A stretch of 63,994 nucleotides of DNA, the filler included, from Streblomastix strix (taxonomy: Eukaryota): assembly GCA_008636045.1 (NCBI GenBank). It is 3 parts of 3 records of this genome, joined end to end, with 100 filler letters (N's around TTAATTAATTAA, not from the genome) between each part and the next. Parts side by side here need not be neighbours in the genome. Positions count along the whole stretch, not along the records: positions 43,103 to 63,994 come from SNRW01000410.1; 2 more parts are not named here. One strand, 5' to 3'. Within the stretch, counting starts at the first letter, position 1. Every line of letters begins with the position of its first letter. This document shows, piece by piece, positions 53,821-63,994 of the stretch. The translations under genes were made by a program, and so were the position numbers. The notes beneath the pieces were generated by a model. The model made no database searches. It saw nothing but the letters and a program-made list of their open reading frames with translations, and was not told the DNA's origin.

Positions 53821-55182
53821 CATGTAAATAATTATAAAATATTATTTATTAATCAATATTTATTTGATTTTATAGTTTAACTGAATAATAAATAACTTAT
53901 TTTTTATTTTAATTAAAACAATTTTTTTTATTTATTAAAATAATTCATATATATTAAATTTCATTTTGTGTTCATATAATATTGATAAATATTATATTTC
54001 AGTTTTCAGACAATGTATATTGTGACTTTGGAGATATATTAGAACAAGATATAATTTTGATTCATGGAAGTGCCAATGTGGAATTTGCAGTAAGGATCAA
54101 CAACAACAATAACCAATCATACTTCTAAGCATGCAATGTTGCATTTATTTGAAACAATATCAGTGAATATTGCTTTATACAAAGTTGATCAATTATGATC
54201 TCGTCAACTTTAGTGCTCAGTTGGCAATATTTTATTATTATTATTCTTTTATTTGATGATCACGATTAACTTTGTGAGATTTTGATATTTATATTTTATT
54301 TTTTCTTTTAATTTGATGCTCGGAGAAGTTCAAGATCATTGAAGAGTATTTATCAATTGGCATACATTTACTTTTAACTATTAAATATTTAATTTTTGAA
54401 ATGTATTTATTGATTGAGTATGCTTATTAGTTAAATTTCAATATTTCTCCTTTTGAAATTCTCCAATTATTAAGTTTATATATTTTATTTTATTGTTTTA
54501 TTTTATTTATTAATAATTATCATAATTCTGAATTTAATTATGTATATTTTTTATTAAAAGTATTATTTTGTGTCTATTGCAATATTAATTTATATTTTTA
54601 ATATTTATTGTTAATTTTTAGTCTTAATATGGAAATTAAATCACTCTGCTATTTAAATTTCTTTTTTCATTTTAAAATTTCCTTAATTATTTATTGAATT
54701 TACTTAGTTTTCATTGAAACATTGTATTGAAAATAATATTTTTGCCTTAATTTTATAATCCTGTTTTTCTCATGTACGTTTTCAGTGTTTGAAGTATATT
54801 GTCTTTCATTAATATTTTATTATCTTTTAAATGGTAGTTAAATTCCTATTTGAAAAAGTTTTTATATAAATCATTTATTGCATAATTATTAATAAACATA
54901 AATATATTCTGTGAAGATTATATATCGATCTTAATTCTAATCCATTTTATTTTTTTATTACCAATTAAATAAATTAAATTCTAAAACATGAAACAAACTA
55001 AATAACTATTCAAATCAAATTGATCAATTGATAAAGACACAATTTATTATTTTGAAAGAGTGAAACGAAAAGAAAAATTAAACGTAATATGAAAGAATGA
55101 GAATGAAATGAAAACAAACGAAATAAATAAATTACAATGAAGTGTGAATGAAATGAAATAACTTCACATTTCTAATAATCGT

Positions 55183-57071
55183 TCATACCCAAATAGATTT
55201 TGTATTCATATGAAATGAGACTTTCTTACTTGGATGAGTAGGAGCAAAGTACCATGCAGGTCCAGGTTGTCTTGTTTGTGAAGCAGAATAAGTCAATTAT
55301 GGATATTCGGGATTACTGTTATCAAGTACTCCTGGTCGAGTATTAATATTAAACATTCTTCCAAATGTCTCGCTGGTGAATACTGCATTCGGTTTTAGAA
55401 TGGATGCATTATGCTGCATTATCAGTTACATGGGTAGTTTTCCAGGTTATATTCTATTATCACCCCATGAATTATTAGGATTCCAATTGATCTTGAATGG
55501 ATCAATTAGTGAAGTTGATGGTTTTTATACTTATGGTTTCTTAGCCATTTCTGGGTCAAATAGTAATGGTTGATAATATCCAATTGTATTATACTAACCT
55601 GGACCTGGACTTATATCTTTGTCTTTGTCTTTATCTTTGTTTATTATATCTCCAAATCTATCAGTAGATTATTGTATGAATTAATGATCATTATTCAATT
55701 CATCTTACTTATTAATATGCTATACATGCTATTCATATTATCCAACTCCTGGTATATGATTATTATTAACTTACCAGCTTAATCTCATTACTCTGGAATT
55801 GAATGCACTAGATGGCATTAATAAATGTGTGGGTGTTTATGTTGGTAGATTTGGTGCTCTTGTACGTGATAAACATTGTGCACTATGTGAAGGTCTTTGT
55901 TTCTATTTATAGAATATTACATTGTTATTGTTTGATTAAGGCAATGCAGTTTATGGTTTAACCATTTCTGATTATTCATTCTGTTAATCAGGTTAATTCC
56001 CATCAATTGATTATCTTATTTACTAATCCTTCTTAGGACGAGGCCTCTACTTATATTCACTTAGTCTGTAATTAGGTCTCGGTCTCAAATGGAGCCATTT
56101 TGTGTGATCCTGAACAGACATTGACAATGGAACTACAATCTCTTATTGCTATCCTGCTCTTCCATTCCCTTTAGCTATGAACTCATCTACTGAATCTAAA
56201 CTGTTTCTAATATAAGTCTTCCTTTATATCTCTGCTTATTATCTATCTCCATATTATTAGAAGCTTTCAGATGGACCTGCTGATGTTTCTGTTGCTTTTG
56301 CATCATAAAGATTATCAATCATATTATATTGTCCAACTGATGCTCCTTATTCTTATGGACTGAATTAATCTCCAACTCTGGAAGTCTTAGATAGGAAGGA
56401 TGCTACAGCTGGTGTTCCTGGATTCCACCATTCTTTGGATTCAACAACTTCGCCCTTTATTAGATTATAATAACACAAATTATAATATAATATAATAATA
56501 AAAATAATAATATATGAATAAAAGAATGAATACTTCATAATATCCAGGTGCAGGAGTTGGTTTCTTTTCAGATGGTTCAAAGTATGGTTTCTAGAACGAG
56601 GATATAATTCCTCTATCAGATAATGTAGAAGGTATCTCATATTAACCTGGTGCTATCATTGTAGGTGGTCTTTAAATAGGAAATCTTCAGGCCTTTATAA
56701 TTATCAATAAATTTCAAATAAATGATAAATGTGTAATATAGAATGCAAACTCTTGAAGCTAAATTGCCAAATCCTCTCTTTGAAAATGAATCACTCTACT
56801 TATTATAATCAACTGCTTTATAATAAGCTCCTGGATCTGGAATTTTCCCCTTAATTTCTTCTTTAAACCTTGGTACACTATTCATGAATCCAAATTTTGG
56901 TCGCTTTGGGTTGAACAATGTTATGTATTTTGTTGGTATAGAAGGTGTAGTACGTGGTATTTCAACTGAACCTCTAAATAGAGTTCCTCTTGCTTAGCGT
57001 CCTGCAGTTCGCCAATTAATTGGAGCTGGAATATCAACATCCTCCAAAGTCAGAGTGGTCTAAGTAGCCAT
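55183..57071 (-). CDS. SHIPPO/PG-rich repeat flagellar protein, STPG1-like (about 2 introns)
   Basis: TPSIPTKY..FGFMNSVPRF..IPDPGAYY..SFSKRGFG; repeated PAPGQY, PAPGYY and PGPGQY; C-terminus PGPAWYFAPTHPSKKVSFHMNTKSIWV*. Confidence 0.8.
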
Positions 57072-57520
57072 TTCAAACTTAAAAATAAAAATATTGAACG
57101 GTAATGATATGAAAAGTTAAAATAAATAGTTTTTACGTAATAATTATGCTTAGGACGAGCGCTATTTGCACTAAAATTAAATAACTATATCCTATGTTTG
57201 AATTTTGATTAATATCGTAAATTAGATAGAATGCATAATGTCTATTATTTATTACTATTAATCATTGACTAAATAAAATGAAATTATGCTAAAAAAGCTA
57301 GTACAAATTTGAAAACTTGGTTCTCGTCCAGATGCTTATAAAGAAGTTTGCATTATAATGATTTAACATATGAAAAGTTTGTATGTTCATAAAGTTTGCA
57401 AACTAATGTTATTTAATAAACAATGAATTAAATTGATGTCCATTAGGTGATTATTTATAATTGTTTATTTATTTGATAACTTCATTCAATATGATCATAA
57501 TCCAATGTAATCACTATTAA

Positions 57521-58706
57521 TCAGTCCTTTTACAGCAGTTTTGATTCGGGTTTTGTTTCTTCTTCTTCATCATCAGTGCGCCTCTTTCTTTCCACAACAA
57601 CAACACCATCAATTATATCTGTAAGTGGTACCCCTGAAATATTAAAATATGAATAAATGTATAATTAAATTAAATAATAATGCTTAAGTATATATAAAAA
57701 CAATCAAACATTTTGGATCGTTTATCTCAATTCTCTGACCAGATTGAACCACTGCAGGAGAAGTCATTGTCTAAAATCCAGTCACTATGTTAGGTCGTCC
57801 AGGCTGATATAAAGATTAAATAGTATAAGTTAATGCAAAATAATATTACATTAAGTAAAAAATAAATAAATATGTGTTATAAAAAATTTGTATAATTAAA
57901 ATCATACAAGTCCAGCAATATCCACAGCTTGGCCAACACGAACAGATACCTTGAATAAATATTATATATTATATAAAATAATAATTAAAACAATGCATTA
58001 TATATATTTCTATTTAATACTAACACACCTCCTATTCAAAATCCTAATTCTCATCAATATTAGTGATCTCTTCTTTCTCCTTCTCCTTCTCAATTTCTTA
58101 TTCCTTCTCTTTATCTTTATCTTCTTCTTTCTTCTCTTTGATGGTTCCTTATACTTTGTATCTCCTAGTTGACACTACTCTTGAGTGTATGGCTGGTGTA
58201 AGTGTGTAGATGAGGTAGGTGTACTTATCAAGTAGCACTGAATATATTGGATTGGATTGAAGATATAGATATATGTTATAATTATTTATATTTATTTTAA
58301 AAGGAAATTATAATGTTTATAATAAATAAATAAATAAGCACACGTGATGAGCATTGAACAGCGACATTAGCAAAAGATATTAGTCCAACAAGGGCTGGAC
58401 GTGAAACTAAGAATGAATCATATATTAATGGAGATATTGTCAATGATCCTTTTCCTAAATGAACAAGTGCCTATTATATTATATTATAATAAATAATATT
58501 GAATATTAATATAAATTATATATAATAAACTATATTCCATATAAAATATATAATCAATACCTATCCAATCCTTGTAATGAATAGAACATCAGGTCTCTTC
58601 TCATGATATGAACTAAGCTCTCTGAAGAGCTTTGCAGTTGCACCATTGTTTGTTCCAGCTGCCATCAGACCTGAATTAATTAAATAGAAATAAGAAATTA
58701 TTATTC

Positions 58707-58770
<64 letters not shown>

Positions 58771-61741
58771 AGTATTTCTTTATATTAAATATAACTCCTA
58801 TATAAATTATATATAATATATATTGTATACCTAATCCCAATAAAGCAGACATACAAACATCATTATTCACATCATGCGTCATTTTGGACAAGAAAGGAAG
58901 ACACCCAAGTGTTGGATTACTCACTGATAGAAGACCGAGTGCTATTGGAATATAGACTCGCATTGCTGGTGTACCATATCTATACACATATATGATAATA
59001 ATAATAATAATATGAATATTAATATAATTATATGAATGAATATTTAAATATTCTTAATCATTCATTCAAATACTGAATCATTCTCTCAAAATGTCTCAAT
59101 GCCATTTCTTATCCTAATTTCTCTCCAAAGGCTACAAGTGCTATTCCAATAATTGCAACCTATTTAATTAGAATGAATATTTTAAGACAATCAATAAAAT
59201 TAAAATATAATTAATAAAATTAATTAATTATATTGATAATTATTCTTTTTGATTATTAAACACACTTCTTTTCCTGGTTTTGTGCATTCATGGAGTAATT
59301 TCTGAATAATAATAACGTTTCCTGTTCCTGCATATGCACAATATTAAATCTATATGATAAGTAGATATAAATATAAATATAAAATAAAATAATTATAATA
59401 GTATTGAATAGAAATTGTTTTCTATCTTATTTTCACTTATATATATATTTCATACAGTCAAAGCAGCATGATCTCTTATGTCCTCATGAAGATCTTTGCA
59501 TGACTCAATTGCAGCATTGGCCTGAAATAAGTAATGTTGATATAAATGAACAGAAATAATAATAAAAGAATGTAATTAAATAAAAATATATATATTAACA
59601 ATAATATTAATATAATTCATTTTAATACTTCATCGCCCTTCTATAAGAATAACAGACCAAGACCTACAGAATATAATCTAATTATTATAAATATATTATA
59701 TATTAATAATATTATTAATCAAATTATATTAAATTAATAATAAATACTTCAATAATGGATGTTTAGATCCTCCTTTCTCAAGAAGCGCTTGCAGGATTGA
59801 ATAGAATATCTATAAATATATAATAATAATAATAATAATAGAATATGAATAAATTATTTATTTATTTGATATTAGTATTATAATCATCATCTATATAATA
59901 TATCATACAGTCTCATTCCCAGAACCAGCGAATACCATTCCACAAGCAAGAGCAGATATTGCACATACATCATCATTGGGAGAGAATGCTATAATCTAAT
60001 TTGCTGGTGAAGCTGGTTTAGATGTTGACCTCTATTATGATGATGATGAAGAAGAAGATGATGATTATGCACCTGGAGGTGGAGATGTTGTTTTAGTTGG
60101 TGGTGCTGGTGGTGCATCATTTGATTCTACCAATGGTTTGGCTAATTTCTGTTAAATTAATGAATATTTATATGTAACAAATATGGAATTATATATTTGT
60201 ATATATTTAATAATTAATGAATTATTGAATAACCTCCATATCTGTATTACCAGTACATGAATATGCCAGACCAAGTCTTAATAAAGAATTAAATATGAAT
60301 ACAATAATAAATATATATAATAACATCCACTTCTTTATTCTATATATATTCATCATATAAATCTATCTATTAATATTCAAACCCAAGATATGAACAAGCA
60401 CTAATTAACTTGTCTTCTGATTCAAGATAATTATCTCCAATTAGACCATTGGCTGCATCAAACTGGGATTATATTCCACAAGTCATAACACCTGATTAAT
60501 TAAAATATAAGAAATTGAATAATAAATAATTCAAAATTAATTTGAATATAAAAGATATAAAAATGATATAAATAATTACCATATCCAAGAGGAATCCCTG
60601 CAATAATATAATTGCTTTCACACTAAGAATACCTGCAACATTTGATAATAAGCTCATATTAAATTAATGTTATAAAATAAATAAATAAATAAACTTTTCA
60701 ACTTCATTAGCTCCTTAATCTAAATTCCACATTTGTAGTAGTCCTATTGAAGCAATTGCGCATGTCTAACCAATATCTTTGTGTTAATATACCCATTTGG
60801 ATACTTCATCTAATAAGTATATGAATAAATGTGTAGATAAAAAGAATTGGTATAATTTAATGATGGAGTTTTATATTCAATTAAAAAAATATATACCTTT
60901 GAGAATCATCAAAGTATCAGATTAAAATCCACAGTTTACAATTGCTGAAACTATCGTCTAATAGAACAAATGAGTAATATAATAGTAAATATATATATTA
61001 ATTAATATATATTAAATATATCAATCTAACCTTAGCTAAATTTTCTTTAGCGCTGTCAACTTTTGGTCTTTCATCAAAGCTAAAAACGTTCTTCTTCTCA
61101 ATCAGATGAGACTTGTAGACATCCTCAGGGGACTTGGCTTCAATAATATCAAGATGTGCTGCATTCTGTGATATAATAGAGAGATTAATTAATTAATGAT
61201 ATTAATAGTCTATTCATACACTCAAATGAAAAGTTGATTTCCATTCTCCGTTCATTACAGTATCTTCAATTTTATCCTGGGAGTGAAAAAAGAATAGAAA
61301 AATAATTGTAAACATATAGAATATAAAAATAAATAGCAGACTGGAATTCTTATCTCAGTTGAAGCCAAAATATAGCTAAATTGGCGTTGAAGCGCTGAAC
61401 CTTCTTCGGCTGTTGCGTATGCTTCTTGGATTCGATCAAGGCTTCGCATCCGCAGGGCGATTAGTAGAGCTAGAGACTTTCTACCGTTCTTCAAAGCTAA
61501 CTTAAATAAAGCCTCCCATTATGGCTTCTCTTCTCCTTCTGGTAGATAACGAATTAATTCTGAGAAATAGCGGAAAACGCGTGGAAAAGTAGCAAAGTCT
61601 GTGGGTATTTCTTCAATGCGTCCCTCGTAGGCGTCTAAGTCAGACATACTGTAATAGTCAAAAAATATAAATAAAGCATATAATTAATATATAGAAAGGG
61701 ATGTACGCGGCTAATTTCGGACTATCTTTCTTTAGTTTCAT
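57521..61741 (-). CDS. RPN1: 26S proteasome regulatory subunit RPN1/PSMD2, about 20 introns, apparently lacking its N-terminal domain
   Basis: KSPEDVYKSHL, KVDSAKENLA, LGLAY, AYAGTGNV, IGIALVAFGEKLGQEM, YGTPAMRVYIPIALGLLSVSNP, AGTNNGATAKLFRELSSYH, QALVHLGKG, VSVRVGQAVDIAG, VTGFQTMTSP. Confidence 0.95.
58710..58768. repeat. (TA)n microsatellite in an RPN1 intron
   Basis: About 29-30 TA units. Confidence 0.9.
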
Positions 61742-62155
61742 TCAACTTGTACAAATATTGTTTTGCTTTATATTACTATAAATTGCATTATAATCAAAGC
61801 AATAAAAGCAATAAATTTGATAAATTTTTGTTAGCGCTGTTAAAGTGTTAGTAAATTACATTTCAATTTTCCAGCATTACTGGAGTAATGTTTGGTATAA
61901 TTAAAGGTAGAAATATAAATTTTTAGTAATGCATCTCGTTAAATGCATGTCTTGAAGGAAAATATTCTATAGTAAACGAGAAATTTACAACCAAGAGTTG
62001 GAATTCTAACTTCTTATGCAAATAAATTTGCCTTGTTCAAAGTTTATAATTTGAATTTCTATAAAAAATAAAACAATTTTTAGAATACAGCACTCAATAG
62101 CTCAATTCTAATACTTTGGGAAAATCAAAACAAATTGCTCATTTAACTTCACTGA

Positions 62156-63679
62156 ATGAACATAGATAAAATCAATAAATTAGTTGTAGATATTGAAAGA
62201 GCTCATACTGAATATGAAAAATGGGAATTGTCAATAAAATTGCGTAGTTAAATTGAAGATTTGAATTCTGAAGAAATAATGCTAATCACCAATAATAATG
62301 TATGTTCAGCATTAATGAAGTAGCTTAATGATTGTTAAACTTTGTCGTAAAGAGAGATACTTACGATTATTGAATTATTAGCAATAGTAGGAACGTAAAA
62401 TGTCTAAATTTGGGAATTTAACAAGTTTTATCCTCATTTTGATGAATCTGGGCTTATATAGTCAATTTACAATATAATTTAGGGAAAAATTGGTAAATAG
62501 AATATTTATTAAAAAGAGATAATTAATTCTGAACTTATACGAGACCTAATATGTGTTTATTGTTGTATGATGAAGAGTAAGAAATTTAATCATAAAGATC
62601 TTCAAATATTTGGTGAAATTCTATAATTTCAAATCAATAATTTGATTTAATAAATAAAATAGAATAAGATAAGCAAAGAATAAAATTTAAACATACCTAA
62701 TGATAATCTTGAAAATTTAGTTAAAACATCTATTTAGACGTTAATATCAATTGGCTGTGCATCGTAGTTTCCATCAAATTGTGAATACTTTTCAACTCAA
62801 ATTCGAATTCATTTGAAAGTTGCTCCTCTTCTCCATATTAATTGCCCTTCAAGGTTGAGATGCATGGGGTGTATTGACAATAAAGAGGATTCAATATTCA
62901 AACTTCATGCAGAAGTATTACACACTTTAATTTGCCTCATTGATACTCATGAAATAGTTTCAAATTTTCTGTTAAAAGATCATCAAATCCATAAACATAT
63001 TGGCCATATAATAATAACATTTGCAAAATAACTTGATTGTATAAAGAAAGAAAATAACATAACAAACAAATAATCATAAACACCTGAAATTTTATCTCTT
63101 ATTTCATCACCACAATCTTAAGTCTATTTCTAAGCAATACATCTCATCTAAACACTTCTGAAGTTTAATAGATCATTTATTTAATCTGCCTCTTCAGTTC
63201 CTAAATTGGTATTATCATTAACTAATTTATCACATTTCCTTCGAAAAGAGAAATGGATGTCGATTGTAGATATAGAAAAAGCATCACGAATTCGAGGAGA
63301 TTGTCTTCTTTCTTTATAATGGCTTTAATTCTTTGGTGACCTTGAATAAAATTAATATCTTATATTGAAGACTGAATATATTAGTGCTCTAATTGATTCA
63401 TTTAGTGTTTCTGGATTAGAAGAAGACAGTCGAGTGATCAAAATATCGCAGAGCAATTACAGATACATTCTTTTCATGCTTCGTGAAGGAAGTCCACAAT
63501 ATCCACCATAAACATTCTTATATTGTCATGCATGCGAGATTGTTGAGGAAGAAGGTGGAGCAGAAGAATATCAGGCGCATCAATTCAGATCAAATGAAAT
63601 GGGTTATGATGAATAGGAAATAAGGAAAGATCTCATATAAAGCGAAAATTAGCTATTTTAGGCTAAATAAACATCATGA
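62156..63679 (+). CDS. Intronless ~507-aa hypothetical helical protein (paralogue of 44828-46381)
   Basis: 1524-nt frame; motifs CVYCCMMK, PLLHINCPSRLRC, EIVEEEGGAEEY. Confidence 0.8.
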
Positions 63680-63994
63680 ACTAATTAATATTATTGTAAT
63701 AAAGTTAATTAATATTAATTTTGAATATCTTATATTCAAAGATCCATTTTGATCAGCACTAATTATAAAAAAAATATATTAAGAATTTTTGATCAGTTAT
63801 TTGAAATATATGAAGAGCATCAAAAAATGTATCAAATCCAGAAAAAATATATTTTAAAAAGATTGCATTGTGAAAATAAAGAAGTGAATATGTGTAAAAC
63901 AGACCAAAAACCGAACGTATCAAACTGGTCAAAAATTGCGATTGGCAATATATATTTTCAATATACATCTTTTGGCTCTATTTGTCTAATTCTT

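Noticed and set aside
54000..54430. Possible degenerate minus-strand ORF between the N/Q-rich gene and the STPG1-like gene
   Set aside because: Multiple TGAs in all frames and no recognisable motif.

Overview
Very AT-rich eukaryotic (protist) genomic DNA. It uses a non-standard nuclear code: TAA/TAG = Gln, with TGA the only stop. It has many short GT-AG introns, so the supplied standard-code ORF track is almost all misleading fragments. The code, intron density and gene families suggest an oxymonad such as Streblomastix (inference). Two artificial 100-nt spacers (44N-TTAATTAATTAA-44N, at 21458-21557 and 43003-43102) split the window into three segments. Bases 1-~13,200 are a decayed, intron-free Polinton/Maverick-like endogenous DNA virus written in the host TAR=Gln code. 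It carries an A32-like packaging ATPase, a fibre-like protein, an rve integrase, a large family-B polymerase with an embedded HNH-like zinc module, and a divergently oriented AEP-primase/SF3 (D5-like) helicase. After it come a TA-flanked Tc1/mariner/pogo-type MITE and host genes: PHO80-like cyclin, pseudokinase-ARM protein, TFIIA-gamma, MRE11, USP deubiquitinase, SMPD4-like protein, a giant WD40-like protein, a short SAS10/UTP3, a bacterial-type MBL hydrolase, two intronless paralogues of an unknown family, a TPR protein, an N/Q-rich protein, an STPG1/SHIPPO-repeat protein and an apparently N-terminally truncated RPN1. All translations were done by eye with TAR=Gln. Family calls come from motif recall, not database searches, and coordinates of degenerate genes are approximate.
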